Below are positions 26,404-36,668 of a stretch of 64,000 bases of DNA, in pieces (position 1 is the first letter of the stretch; each line of letters opens with the position of its first letter). This DNA is from an uncultured delta proteobacterium (GTDB taxonomy: Bacteria > Desulfobacterota > Binatia > UBA9968): the NCBI GenBank assembly GCA_963760795.1, contig CAVXEP010000032.1, forward strand, positions 256,001-320,000. The letters are read 5' to 3'. The position numbers were made by a program, and so were the translations under genes. Below the pieces are notes generated by a model. The model saw nothing but the letters and a program-made list of their open reading frames with translations, was not told where the DNA came from and made no database searches.

Positions 26404-27393
26404 CTACTTCGAAGCGACGACGAGGGACGAAGTCATCGGCGCCGGCAGGTCGATGTGTTCGACGCGGTTCATTCCCGCCTGTTTCATCCAAGTTTCAATC
26501 TCTCTGAAACTATAACAACGGCCGCCGTCGGTGGTGAGGAGCATGAGCAGACTGAAGATCGCGCCGACGGGCGGCTGGGAGCGGCTGTCGTCGAGAATAT
26601 GGTCTTTAACGATCAAGAGCCCGTCGGGCTTTAGATTCGCCGCCAACTTGCGTATCAGCGCGCCATTGCGGTCGTAGTTCTCACCGTGAATGATGTTCGA
26701 TAGTAAGATTGCGTCGTAGCTGCCAGTGATCGGATCGGTGCGGTAATCGCCGGCGATCAGTTCGATACGCGCCGATAGATTCGCGCTCCTCACGAAGCGG
26801 TCGGTGATTTCCAACGTTCCAGGCAGATCGACGATGGTCGCGCGCAGTTGGGGAAATTTTTGACATAAGGCGATCGGATAAGTGGCGGGTCCGGAGCCGA
26901 CATCGAGAATCGACTCGACCTTGGACCAGTCAAGGTCAGTGGCCAAAACTTCCGCGTCGCCGCGCGCTTTGACCAAAGAGTCCATGGCGTTGATGAAGAC
27001 CTCGGTTTCCCGCGCATCGGACTGATACATGTTGGGCGGGCGGGTTGGCAAACCGGTACGGATCGCTTCGGGAAGTTTTTCCCAGTCGTGCCATAACATG
27101 GCATCGAAACCGATCATGCCGCCGACGTAATTCGGCGATCTGCGCAGCAGATGGCGCCGGCTAACCTCGGTCAATGCAAACTCTGTGCGATGTTTTGCCA
27201 GCAAGCCGACGGCGGTGAGCGCGTTGAGCAACAGCTCCGTTGCTTGTTCATCCAGTTCTAAGTTTTGCGCCAGAGCTGGTGCGTTAAGAGCCGTGGCTTC
27301 GAGTGCGTCGAAAATGGCGAGTTCAACGGCCGTCTGAACGATGCGCGCCTCGACATGGCCGGCGGCCAGACCCATGAGCTGGGAGAAATTCAT
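26404..27393 (-). CDS. Class I SAM-dependent O-methyltransferase (Methyltransf_2 with dimerisation domain)
   Basis: TAVELAIFDAL, ILDVGSGPA, IVDLP, AGDY and LSNIIH. Confidence 0.9.
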   Translation of the reverse strand: MNFSQLMGLAAGHVEARIVQTAVELAIFDALEATALNAPALAQNLELDEQATELLLNALTAVGLLAKHRTEFALTEVSRRHLLRRSPNYVGGMIGFDAMLWHDWEKLPEAIRTGLPTRPPNMYQSDARETEVFINAMDSLVKARGDAEVLATDLDWSKVESILDVGSGPATYPIALCQKFPQLRATIVDLPGTLEITDRFVRSANLSARIELIAGDYRTDPITGSYDAILLSNIIHGENYDRNGALIRKLAANLKPDGLLIVKDHILDDSRSQPPVGAIFSLLMLLTTDGGRCYSFREIETWMKQAGMNRVEHIDLPAPMTSSLVVASK

Positions 27394-27405
27394 CGCCTGG
27401 TTCGC

Positions 27406-28851
27406 TTAGAGCTTTTCGACGATGCGATAGCTGCGGCTTTTCGGTTTGAGCGGCGCGACGATGCCGCTCTTGACCATCAGGCGAATGTCGCGGTAGGCGG
27501 TGTCGCGGTCGACCTCGGCGATACGCTCGTACTCCGTGGTCGAAAAGGTCTTGCCATGGCAGTAAGCGTAAGCCAGCAAGCGGCGTTGGCGCAGATTGAC
27601 TTGATTGTTGGCGAACTGGCTCAGCCAGCGCAGCGTGGCTTCGTCGTAGACCGGCGCGTTGCGCAGAGTCACGGTAAAAACGAATCCTTCGGCGGAAAGC
27701 TCCGGCGGATGCAGTCCGTAAGTTTCCATTTCTTGATAGATGCGCGGCACGCCTTCGCCCATGTCGCGCACAAAGCCCAGGTCGGCGAGCACGCGGACGA
27801 TCAATGGATTACGCGAGAAATGAATGCTTTTCTGTAGGCGCAACTGTTCGAGCGTCACCGGCGCCGGCGGCAAGCCGGGGCTGCGCACACAGATGTGATC
27901 GTCGAACATCCACACTTCCACCGGCGCGCCGGTGAGCGAATAATCGCGGTGGGCCACAGCATTGACCAGCGCTTCCTGCCAGGCAAAGGTCGGATACTCC
28001 AAGCGTTCGCGGAAAAACAGATCGTGGAGTATGGTGCGCCCGCGCACCTGTTCTTTGATCCGGCCCACCGCTTCGTCAATCAAGCGCACCAGCGGCGCTT
28101 CAAAGCGCATCCGTTTAACGACGTTGAGCGATGCGCCATGCTGCCGTTCATTGCCTTCGTACTTGACGAAGTCAATGCCGGCGCGCGGATGCCAGCGCGT
28201 CGGATCTTTGGCGAACAGCAGCAGCGCCGCCATGTTGGGGCAGGGGATGGCGCGCGAGTTGTCGAGCAAATGATAGGTCTGGCTTAACACCGTCTGGGGA
28301 TCTTGACCGGGATGAAGTTTGTTGACGAACTGGCTCACCAGATCGGTGTCGAGGTCGAACCAAGTGGCGTTTAAGGTTTGCTGGCGCTCATAAAAAACGT
28401 TGCGCTTGGCTTCTTTCAACGAGTGAATCTGCTCGGCCGGCAGAGCCGGTGTTTCCGCGGCGATGCGATAAAACGAGCGGCCGCCGGCGATGCGGTGAAT
28501 GTCCATGCTCGAAGCGACTTCGAACTTGAGCAGTTGCAGGCTGCCCAAGCGAATTTTTTCACAGGCGGGAGTGAGCTGGGGGCGCAGCAAATTCTGCGGC
28601 GCCTGAATCAAGGTTTGCAGCTCGTCTCCATCGTGGGGGATGCCGGTGACGCTCTTATCGGGCTCGACTCCGACTAAAACCGTGCCGCCGTCGGCATTGG
28701 CCATGCCAGACAAGACTCGCACCAGCTCGCGGGAAAGCTCCTCTTCGCGTTTCTTCTGTCCGGATTTGCGCCGATACTCGAAGGCGCTGATGAATTCAAG
28801 GAATTGGCCGCGTTCTTGTTTGAGTAAAAGGCCGATTTCTTCGGTTTTCAT
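27406..28851 (-). CDS. AlbA_2 (Schlafen-like) + HATPase_c_4 + wHTH protein (RecG-related ATP-binding regulator family)
   Basis: MANADGGTVLVGV, EYP...EALVNAVAHRDYS, SPG, SRNPLI, GEGVPRI and C-terminal HTH (DTAYRDI). Start placed at MKTEEIG. Confidence 0.88.
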   Translation of the reverse strand: MKTEEIGLLLKQERGQFLEFISAFEYRRKSGQKKREEELSRELVRVLSGMANADGGTVLVGVEPDKSVTGIPHDGDELQTLIQAPQNLLRPQLTPACEKIRLGSLQLLKFEVASSMDIHRIAGGRSFYRIAAETPALPAEQIHSLKEAKRNVFYERQQTLNATWFDLDTDLVSQFVNKLHPGQDPQTVLSQTYHLLDNSRAIPCPNMAALLLFAKDPTRWHPRAGIDFVKYEGNERQHGASLNVVKRMRFEAPLVRLIDEAVGRIKEQVRGRTILHDLFFRERLEYPTFAWQEALVNAVAHRDYSLTGAPVEVWMFDDHICVRSPGLPPAPVTLEQLRLQKSIHFSRNPLIVRVLADLGFVRDMGEGVPRIYQEMETYGLHPPELSAEGFVFTVTLRNAPVYDEATLRWLSQFANNQVNLRQRRLLAYAYCHGKTFSTTEYERIAEVDRDTAYRDIRLMVKSGIVAPLKPKSRSYRIVEKL

Positions 28852-28860
28852 GTTATTAGA

Positions 28861-28927
28861 CAGTAAGGAGTCAGGAGCAAAGGCTTCAATCCGATTCTCC
28901 TTACTCCTAACTACTGACTCCTTACTG
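28861..28927. repeat. 14-bp perfect inverted repeat of heptamer units overlapping a stop codon
   Basis: CAGTAAGGAGTCAG (28861-28874) pairs with CTGACTCCTTACTG (28914-28927); units CTCCTTA CTCCTAA CTACTGA CTCCTTA. Confidence 0.8.
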
Positions 28928-30073
28928 GGTTTCGGCTGCATTGAGTTTGACGACTTCGAGAACCATCTGCGCCGACAGATAGAGATCTTTCAGATCGAGC
29001 CATTCGTTGACCGTGTGGATCTCGCGCATGCCAGTGCCGAGGTTGGCGACTACCAGCCCTTTTTGATTCAAAACATTGGCGTCGCAGCCGCCGCCGGTAG
29101 CGTGGGTTTTGACGTCGAGATGCAAATTTCTCGCGGCGGCATGAACCAGCTGGACGATGGGAGCGCTTTCCGGCACATCCATGCGGTCGTAATCGCGCTC
29201 GATCTTGGCTTCGACCCGCGCTTGATGGCGCTTGCCGTCGAACTCCAACGAATGTCTGGCGGCGGCAGCTTCGAGGCAGCTCTGCATATGTTCGGTCTGG
29301 CGTTTGAGTTTGTCCGAGTCATGACTGCGCGCCTCGCCTTTGAGGACGACTTGATTGGGCACGATATTGACCGCCATGCCGCCTTCGACGACGCCGATGT
29401 TCGCCGTGGTCTCGTGATCGATGCGGCCAAGCTGCATTTGCGCGATACCTTCGGCGGCGACTTTGATCGCGTTGATGCCTTTCTCGGGACAGACCCCGGC
29501 ATGGGCTTCCAGGCCGTGGACGCGAAACTCCATGCGGTTGGCCGCCGGCGCTCTGGTGAACAGGAAGCCGACCGAGTCGCTGTCGAGCACCAGGCCGGTG
29601 CGTGCGCGCAGGCTCGCGATGTCCAAACACTTGGCGCCGATCAGCCCGGCCTCTTCGCAAATCGTGAAGACGACGTCGACGGCGGAGCAGGGCAGGCCAT
29701 TCTCCTTTATAACACGCATGACTTCGCAGATGATCGCGACGCCGCTTTTGTCGTCGCCGCCGAGCACGGTGGTGCCGTCGGTGCGCAGGATATCACCGTC
29801 GAGGATCGGTACGATGCCTTCGCCGGGGACCACCGTGTCCATGTGAGCGGAAAGCAGCAGCGGCTGGCTCGCCGGCGCGTTACCGGGAAACTTGGCGATC
29901 AAATTGCCGACGTTGCCGCCGACCTTCGCACCGGCGTCATCGATGGAGACCGCCGCGCCAAGTTCTTCGAGCTCCCGTTTAAGGCGCATGGCGACGTCAT
30001 ATTCGCGCCGCGACAAGCTGTCGATCTTGATCAGCTCGATGAGAAAATTCCTTATTCGTTGTCGATTTATCAC
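28922..30073 (-). CDS. M20 family peptidase T-like metallopeptidase
   Basis: SAHMDTVVPG, LGGDDKSG, CEEAGL, GGGCDAN and IHTVNE. Confidence 0.92.
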   Translation of the reverse strand: MINRQRIRNFLIELIKIDSLSRREYDVAMRLKRELEELGAAVSIDDAGAKVGGNVGNLIAKFPGNAPASQPLLLSAHMDTVVPGEGIVPILDGDILRTDGTTVLGGDDKSGVAIICEVMRVIKENGLPCSAVDVVFTICEEAGLIGAKCLDIASLRARTGLVLDSDSVGFLFTRAPAANRMEFRVHGLEAHAGVCPEKGINAIKVAAEGIAQMQLGRIDHETTANIGVVEGGMAVNIVPNQVVLKGEARSHDSDKLKRQTEHMQSCLEAAAARHSLEFDGKRHQARVEAKIERDYDRMDVPESAPIVQLVHAAARNLHLDVKTHATGGGCDANVLNQKGLVVANLGTGMREIHTVNEWLDLKDLYLSAQMVLEVVKLNAAETQ

Positions 30074-30216
30074 GGTGAACTCCTCGCATCGGTGGCGGGG
30101 ATAGATTGGAGTTGAGACTCCGTAGGGATTTTCCCCCCGGCTGGTTCAATCTGCCATAGTTCCCGGTTCAAAGCCAAGCCGTTGACAGGGGATTTTACCA
30201 GCAGGGTCAGAGCGAT

Positions 30217-31101
30217 TCAGCCGCCGTTTTCGATGAGCCTGACGAGGTTGGTGAATTCCAGTTCAGTAAACAGCGTGCGGGTTTTTTCCAGATTGAAGCC
30301 GGTAAATTTCAATTCTTCGAGTCCCGTGTCGAGGGGCACATCGCGTTTGACTGTGGCCAGAGCGCGGCTCAGAAAGGCTTGGTCTTTGCCGGCTTGGAGA
30401 ATTTGCCGGATGCGCGCCGCACCGCGCAGTTTCATCTGCTCCATGTCGTCGAGATGATCGAAGAGGTTTTCTAAACTTTGAAACTGCTGGATCAAGGCGC
30501 TGGCGGTCTTTTCACCGATGCCTTTGACGCCGGGAATATTATCGGACGCGTCGCCCATCAGGCCCATGACTTGGGTGATTTGCTCCGGGGTGACGCCGAA
30601 CTTTTCGCGTACCTCGTCGGTGCCGATCCAACGGTCTTTGGCGCTGTCTAACAGCTTGATCCCGTCGGTGACGAGCTGCATTAAATCCTTGTCGCTCGAC
30701 ACGACCACCAGCTCGCAGCCCTGGTTCGCCAAGCGCTCGCACAAGGTCGCGATGATGTCGTCGGCCTCGTAACCCGGTAATTCGAGCAACGGCAAGTTTA
30801 GGGCGTCGAGGACTTTGCGAAAATAGGGAAACTGCGGAATCAAATCGGCAGGAGCTTCGGGACGGTTGCCTTTGTAGTCGGCGTACATTTCGTTGCGAAA
30901 GGTCAGCCGGCCGGCGTCCAATGCGACTGCGACATACTCGGGCCGGTACTGTTTCAAGAACTTCAGCAGGATGTTGGTGAAACCGAAGATAGCGTTAGTT
31001 GGCAGGCCGCCGGCATTGGTCAGCGGCGGGATGGCAAAAAAGGCGCGAAAAATATAAGCGCTGCCGTCGATCAGGAACAGCTGCCGCGCTTGATCCGTCA
31101 T
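30217..31101 (-). CDS. Stand-alone 5'-3' exonuclease / flap endonuclease (PolA N-terminal domain)
   Basis: LIDGSAYIFRAFFA, YKGNR, GYEADD, SDKD and GDASDNIPGVKGIGEKTA. Ends at 294 aa with no polymerase domain following. Confidence 0.9.
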   Translation of the reverse strand: MTDQARQLFLIDGSAYIFRAFFAIPPLTNAGGLPTNAIFGFTNILLKFLKQYRPEYVAVALDAGRLTFRNEMYADYKGNRPEAPADLIPQFPYFRKVLDALNLPLLELPGYEADDIIATLCERLANQGCELVVVSSDKDLMQLVTDGIKLLDSAKDRWIGTDEVREKFGVTPEQITQVMGLMGDASDNIPGVKGIGEKTASALIQQFQSLENLFDHLDDMEQMKLRGAARIRQILQAGKDQAFLSRALATVKRDVPLDTGLEELKFTGFNLEKTRTLFTELEFTNLVRLIENGG

Positions 31102-32516
31102 GACGCACTGCGCCGCGACATAGTGTGCGTCGCCGTGCCGTAGAAAGACTCCGCCGCTTCCATGAAGGTTTCCGACAGCGTCGGATGCGGATGCACCGAG
31201 TCGGCGATGTCGCGTGCCGTGGCGCCCATCTCTACGGCCAATACCCCTTCGCTAATCAACTCGCCGGCGCCGACGCCAACAACGCCGACACCGAGAATGC
31301 GTTCAGTCTCCGGTTCGATAATTAGCTTGGTCAAGCCATCGGGGCGGTCGAGGGTCAGCGCTCTGCCCGAGGCGCCCCACAAGAACTTGGCGACTTTGAT
31401 GCCGATGTTATTCTGCTTGGCTTCGGCTTCGGTGAGGCCGCACCATGCCACCTCCGGGTCGGTATAGACGACCGCCGGGATGACAATATTTTCAAAAGCG
31501 CTGGGCTCGCCGAGAATCGCTTCAACGGCGATTTTGCCTTCCCGGGTCGCCCGGTGCGCCAGCAGCGCGCCGCCGTTGACGTCACCGATGGCATAGATGT
31601 TGGGATCTTCGGTCTGCTGCTGGGCGTTGCAGTGAATAAACCCTTTGTCGTCCTTGGTGACCTTGGTGTTTTCCAGACCGAGGTCGGCGAGATTGGGCGT
31701 GCGGCCAACACTGACGAGTACGCGATCGTAAAGCTCTTCGCGCGGCTGTTTATCCATTTCGATCGTGACTTTGATCTGTTTACCTGCGGTGGCCATCTTC
31801 AGAACTTTGGTATTGAGGCGGATTTCTTTAAAGGCCTTCTGTGCCGCGCGCATTACCGGGCGGGCGAGGTCAGCATCGACGCCGGCAAGAATCGACGATA
31901 AGGCTTCCAGCACGACGACGTTGCTGCCGAGGGCAGCATAGACCGTGCCGAGCTCCATGCCGATATAGCCGCCGCCGACGACCAGTAGGTTTTCCGGAAT
32001 ATCGGGAATCTCCAGGGCTCCGGTGGATGTCATTACTCGAGGATTGCCGAGATCGAAAGCGTTGGGCAGGACAGGTTTGGAGCCGACGGCGATGATCGCC
32101 TTTTCATAACGGACAAACTTTTGCCCTTCGGTAGTTTCGACCCTGAGCGTCTGCGAATCTTCAAAGTGGCCGCGGCCGTGGATGACCTGAACCTTGCGAT
32201 GCTCGGCGAGCGTCTTGATCCCTTGGCCAAGCTTGTCGAGAATGCCAGTTTTCCAAGCACGCAGTTTGTCGAGATCGATCTGCGCCGCTCCAAAGGCGAT
32301 GCCGCGGGCTGCCGACTCTTTACTCTCGCGGAGGATTTCGGTGGCGTGGAGTAAGGCTTTCGACGGAATGCAGCCGACGTTGAGGCAGATACCGCCGAGA
32401 CGTGGGCTTTGCTCAACCAGCGTAACCTGCTTGCCTTTGTCCGCCGCATAGAAGGCGGCGGCGTAGCCGCCTGGACCGGCGCCCAGGACTAAAATTTCCG
32501 TCGTAATCGGTTCCAT
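31098..32516 (-). CDS. lpdA: Dihydrolipoyl dehydrogenase (E3)
   Basis: GAGPGGY, GGICLNVGCIPSK, GGGYIG and HPHPTLSE. Confidence 0.96.
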   Translation of the reverse strand: MEPITTEILVLGAGPGGYAAAFYAADKGKQVTLVEQSPRLGGICLNVGCIPSKALLHATEILRESKESAARGIAFGAAQIDLDKLRAWKTGILDKLGQGIKTLAEHRKVQVIHGRGHFEDSQTLRVETTEGQKFVRYEKAIIAVGSKPVLPNAFDLGNPRVMTSTGALEIPDIPENLLVVGGGYIGMELGTVYAALGSNVVVLEALSSILAGVDADLARPVMRAAQKAFKEIRLNTKVLKMATAGKQIKVTIEMDKQPREELYDRVLVSVGRTPNLADLGLENTKVTKDDKGFIHCNAQQQTEDPNIYAIGDVNGGALLAHRATREGKIAVEAILGEPSAFENIVIPAVVYTDPEVAWCGLTEAEAKQNNIGIKVAKFLWGASGRALTLDRPDGLTKLIIEPETERILGVGVVGVGAGELISEGVLAVEMGATARDIADSVHPHPTLSETFMEAAESFYGTATHTMSRRSAS

Positions 32517-32528
32517 AGTTCAGTCGAG

Positions 32529-33854
32529 CTATTTCACTTTGATGTCGGCTTCAGCGAAGGCTTCGAGGCCGGTGATGATGTCTTTGAGAAAGCGCACGGC
32601 GTCGGCGCCGTCGAGCACGCGATGATCGTAGGCTAAGCAGAGCGGCAGGATGGTCCGGATGGCGATCTTGCCGTCAATGGCGACCGGTTTCGCTTGACCT
32701 TGGCCGATGCCCAAAATCGCCACCTGGGGCGCGTAAATGATCGGCGTGAAGTGGCCGCCGCCGACGCTCCCTTGGTTGGAGATGGTGAAGCTGCCGCCTT
32801 GCAGTTCTTCGATGGAAATCTTGCGCTCCCGGGTTTTCTCCGTCAGCGCGTGCAAGTCCGAGGAGATCTGCAGCAAGTCGTTTTTGTCGGCATCGCGCAG
32901 CACTGGCACGATCAAGCCGCCGTCGGTGTCGACGGCAACGCCGATGTGGCAGTAGTCTTTGTAAACGATCTCCAGCGATACTTCGTCGATGCTCGCATTG
33001 GCGCGTGGATGGTTTTTCAGCGCGCGGCCAAGAATGAACAGAATGAGCGATGTCAAGGTCAGATGCGTGCCGTTTTTCTCATAGGCTGGCGCGTATTTTT
33101 TGCGCAGGGCGAGCAGCGCAGTGATATCGGCGTCGGCAAATTGATTGATCTTCGGAATCGACGTCCAGGACTCCAACATGCGCCGGCTCACCGTGCGCCG
33201 CAGCGGCGACATCTTTTCGCGCCGGACTGGACCCCACTTGGCGAAGTCGATTGTCTCCGTTGGCCTTGCTGCGGGTGATGGCGCGGCAACCGGAGCCGCC
33301 GGCGCTGTGTTTTGAAAGGCGAGATCCTGGAGCTTGCGAACGTAGGCTCTTAGATCGGCCATATTGATGCGCCCGCCGGCTTCGCTACCGCGAACCCGGG
33401 TCAAGTCGAGGTCGAGTTCGCGGGCGATTTTGCGGATCGCCGGTGCGGCGGGCGGCGCCATGCCGCTACTCGATTGGTAGCGGTAGTCGTCAACGGGCGC
33501 GGCGGTTGACGCTTGAACCGAGCTCGACGGTTGTCCACTGCTTGGCGTTGGAGCGCTGCTTGGGTTAACTGGCGAATCCGCAATCGCTTGCGTTACGGGG
33601 GCTGCATCTGGAGTTTCGATAGCCGCGGCCTCGATGGAGATTAGCGTCTGGCCGATATTAACTTCCATGCCTTGCTTAACATGGATCTTAGTCACGACGC
33701 CGGCGCTGGGCGCGGGGATGGAGCCAACGGCTTTTTGGGTTTCGAGTTCCATGAAAGCCTGGCCCTTCTCGATCGCCTGGCCTTCGGCGACCAAGATGCT
33801 GACCACCGTACCGCCCTCTACACCTTCAGCGAGTTGGGGAAGTTTTACGTCCAT
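32529..33854 (-). CDS. aceF: Pyruvate dehydrogenase E2 dihydrolipoamide acetyltransferase (single lipoyl domain)
   Basis: Lipoyl domain (ETQKA), E3-binding domain (GSEAGGRI) and catalytic DHRVLDG. Confidence 0.93.
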   Translation of the reverse strand: MDVKLPQLAEGVEGGTVVSILVAEGQAIEKGQAFMELETQKAVGSIPAPSAGVVTKIHVKQGMEVNIGQTLISIEAAAIETPDAAPVTQAIADSPVNPSSAPTPSSGQPSSSVQASTAAPVDDYRYQSSSGMAPPAAPAIRKIARELDLDLTRVRGSEAGGRINMADLRAYVRKLQDLAFQNTAPAAPVAAPSPAARPTETIDFAKWGPVRREKMSPLRRTVSRRMLESWTSIPKINQFADADITALLALRKKYAPAYEKNGTHLTLTSLILFILGRALKNHPRANASIDEVSLEIVYKDYCHIGVAVDTDGGLIVPVLRDADKNDLLQISSDLHALTEKTRERKISIEELQGGSFTISNQGSVGGGHFTPIIYAPQVAILGIGQGQAKPVAIDGKIAIRTILPLCLAYDHRVLDGADAVRFLKDIITGLEAFAEADIKVK

Positions 33855-33887
33855 GGAGAATGTCGCTGCTGCTGATCTTTGAACTTT

Positions 33888-36614
33888 TTATATGTAGAAC
33901 GGGAATGGTTTTTCCGGGTCGATGCCGAGCTTGCGGATCGCTGCTTCAACGACTCGCGCCGGAAACGCCTCTTTCTGGTGCAATGCGTAGAGTGTGGCGA
34001 GGGTGGTCAGTTCGGCGTCAACTTCAAAAAATCGCCTAAGGTTGGCACGGGTATCGCTGCGGCCGAAACCGTCGGTGCCGAGTGTCATCAATCCGCCGGG
34101 AATCCACGGCGCGACTTGATCCGGCACCATCTTCATATAATCGGAAACCGCGATATACACGCCTTCTTCGTTCTCTAAAACCGATTCGAGATAGGACTTC
34201 TTCGGCGCCGCCGTGGGATGAAGCATGTTCCAACGTCTGGTGCGCAGGGCATCGCCGCGCAATAACTTGTAGCTGGTCGCGCTCCAGACATCGGCGCTGA
34301 CATCGAATTGCTCGGCCAGGACTACCTGGGCGCGCAACGCTTCGCGCAGGATCGGGCCGCTGCCGAACAGATGCGCTTTGTATTTTTTGCCTTTAGTCGC
34401 CGCTTTCACTTTGTACAGGCCCTTGAGTATGCCTTCTTCAGCTCCCTCAGGCATCGCCGGCATCTCGTAGCTCTCATTGTAGAGGGTCAGGTAGTAAAAA
34501 CTTTCCTCGCCCTCGGCGTAGAGCCGGCGCATACCGTCCTTGACGATCACGGCGATTTCGTAGGCGAAGGCGGCGTCGTAGGTCAGCAAGGTTGGAATTG
34601 TGCTCGCGAGCAAATGGCTATGGCCGTCTTGGTGCTGCAACCCTTCGCCATTCAACGTGGTCCGGCCCGCGGTGGCGCCAAGCAGGAAGCCCTTGCTCTT
34701 GCTGTCGGCGGCGGCCCAGATGAGATCGCCAATGCGCTGAAAGCCGAACATCGAATAGTAAAAGTAGAAGGGAACCATATTGACGCCGAGATTGGCGTAG
34801 GCGGTGCCGGCGGCGATGAACGACGACATGGAACCGGCCTCGGTGATGCCTTCTTCGAGAATCTGGCCATCTTTCACTTCGTTGTAAAAGAGCAAAGTCT
34901 CTCTATCGACCGGTTCGTAGAGCTGCCCTTTGGAAGAATAAATGCCGATCTGGCGAAACAAGGAATCCATGCCAAAGGTCCGGGCTTCGTCGGGGATGAT
35001 CGGCACGATACGTTTGCCGATGCCTTCGTGGCGCAACAGCTTGGTTAGCAACCGCACGGCCGCCATGGTGGTTGACATCGAATGGCCGCCCGAACCCTTA
35101 TAAAATTCTGCGTATTCCGAGTCGGCGGGGACGTTTAACGGTTCGGCACGCACCTTACGTTCGGGCACGAAGCCGTTCAACTGCTTTCGCCGCTCCAACA
35201 GATACTCGGTCTCCGGGCTGTCGAGCGGCGGGCGGTAAAAAGGCGTTTCGACAACTTCTTCATCCGGCAGGGGAATATCGAAGCGCGTGCGAAACTCGCG
35301 CAGCTCCCGTTCGTTCAACTTCTTTTGCTGGTGGGTGATATTGCGGCCTTCGCCGGCTTCGCCCAGTCCGTAGCCTTTGACGGTTTTTGCCAGGATGACC
35401 GTCGGTGCGCCTTTGTGTTCCACCGCGGCTTTATAGGCGGAATAGACTTTCATCGGATCATGTCCGCCGCGCAGGAGCTTATGAATCTGGTCGTCGGACA
35501 TATGGTTGACCATCTCGAGCAGCTCAGGATACTTGCCGAAAAAATGCTTTCTGGTATAGCTGCCGGGCTCCACGGAGTATTTCTGATAATCGCCGTCGAC
35601 GGCCTCTTCCATGCGCTTGAGTAAAAGTCCTTTATCGTCCTTGGCGAGCAGAGGATCCCAGTCGGAGCCCCAGATTACTTTAATGACGTTCCAACCGGCG
35701 CCGCGAAACAGCGCTTCGAGTTCTTGAATTATTTTGCCATTGCCGCGCACCGGTCCGTCGAGGCGCTGGAGATTGCAGTTAACCACCCAGACTAAATTGT
35801 CGAGATTTTCCCGCGATGCCAAAGTTATCGCGCCGGAGGACTCCGGCTCATCCATCTCGCCGTCGCCGGCGTAACAAAATATCCGCGGCTCTTCGCCGCT
35901 AATCAGGCCGCGGCTCTTGAGGTAGCGGACGAATCTCGCCTGGTAAATCGACATGATCGGCGCCAACCCCATGGATACCGTGGGGAACTGCCAAAATTCG
36001 GGCATCAGATAAGGATGTGGATAGGAGGATATACCGTCGACGCTGGAGAGTTCCTGGCGGAAATGATGCAACCTTGGCGCGTCGATGCGCCGTTCGACGT
36101 AGGCGCGCGAGTAGACCCCCGGCGAGGCATGGCCCTGAAAGTAAACCATGTCGCCTAAATTGCTGCCATCGCTGCCGCGGAAGAAATGATTTTGCCCGAC
36201 CTCGTACAGCGTTGCCGACGATGCATAGGTAGAAATATGGCCGCCGATATCGGCATGAAGCCGATTGGCTTTGACCACCATGGCCATGGCGTTCCAGCGT
36301 ACATAACTCTTGATGCGCCGCTCGATCTCGCGTTTGCCTGGATAGGGTGGCTCCTTTTCCGGCGCGATCGTATTGATATAGGGCGTGCTGACTGACAGAG
36401 GAATCTTGAGGCCGGATTGGCGCAAACGGTCGGATAGCTCCTCGACCAGCAGCGCTGCTTGTTCCGGTTCTTCGTTCTTTAAGATAGATTCCAGAATGTA
36501 TTCCAGCGACGCGACCCATTTACGACGGTCCGACTTGGTGGATTTGCCATTGTCCTGTTCGCCGATGACGGTGCTGCCGTCGGTAGTGGGTTTGTTCTCG
36601 AATTGCATGAGCAC
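33888..36614 (-). CDS. aceE: Pyruvate dehydrogenase E1, homodimeric type
   Basis: GGHIST, QGHASPG, GDGEMDEPES...NCNLQRLDGP, GEGLQHQDGH and GTDGFGRSD. Confidence 0.97.
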   Translation of the reverse strand: MLMQFENKPTTDGSTVIGEQDNGKSTKSDRRKWVASLEYILESILKNEEPEQAALLVEELSDRLRQSGLKIPLSVSTPYINTIAPEKEPPYPGKREIERRIKSYVRWNAMAMVVKANRLHADIGGHISTYASSATLYEVGQNHFFRGSDGSNLGDMVYFQGHASPGVYSRAYVERRIDAPRLHHFRQELSSVDGISSYPHPYLMPEFWQFPTVSMGLAPIMSIYQARFVRYLKSRGLISGEEPRIFCYAGDGEMDEPESSGAITLASRENLDNLVWVVNCNLQRLDGPVRGNGKIIQELEALFRGAGWNVIKVIWGSDWDPLLAKDDKGLLLKRMEEAVDGDYQKYSVEPGSYTRKHFFGKYPELLEMVNHMSDDQIHKLLRGGHDPMKVYSAYKAAVEHKGAPTVILAKTVKGYGLGEAGEGRNITHQQKKLNERELREFRTRFDIPLPDEEVVETPFYRPPLDSPETEYLLERRKQLNGFVPERKVRAEPLNVPADSEYAEFYKGSGGHSMSTTMAAVRLLTKLLRHEGIGKRIVPIIPDEARTFGMDSLFRQIGIYSSKGQLYEPVDRETLLFYNEVKDGQILEEGITEAGSMSSFIAAGTAYANLGVNMVPFYFYYSMFGFQRIGDLIWAAADSKSKGFLLGATAGRTTLNGEGLQHQDGHSHLLASTIPTLLTYDAAFAYEIAVIVKDGMRRLYAEGEESFYYLTLYNESYEMPAMPEGAEEGILKGLYKVKAATKGKKYKAHLFGSGPILREALRAQVVLAEQFDVSADVWSATSYKLLRGDALRTRRWNMLHPTAAPKKSYLESVLENEEGVYIAVSDYMKMVPDQVAPWIPGGLMTLGTDGFGRSDTRANLRRFFEVDAELTTLATLYALHQKEAFPARVVEAAIRKLGIDPEKPFPFYI

Positions 36615-36668
36615 TAGCTCCGGGATTTTTAGGAGATAACAAAACTACGGTAAAATCAACTAAAGCGT

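Noticed and set aside
28640-30115. Long antisense ORFs (also 11671-12720, 14263-15300, 15798-16763, 51919-52878, 58193-59092)
   Set aside because: They lie opposite well-supported genes and are typical shadows of GC3-biased coding sequence.
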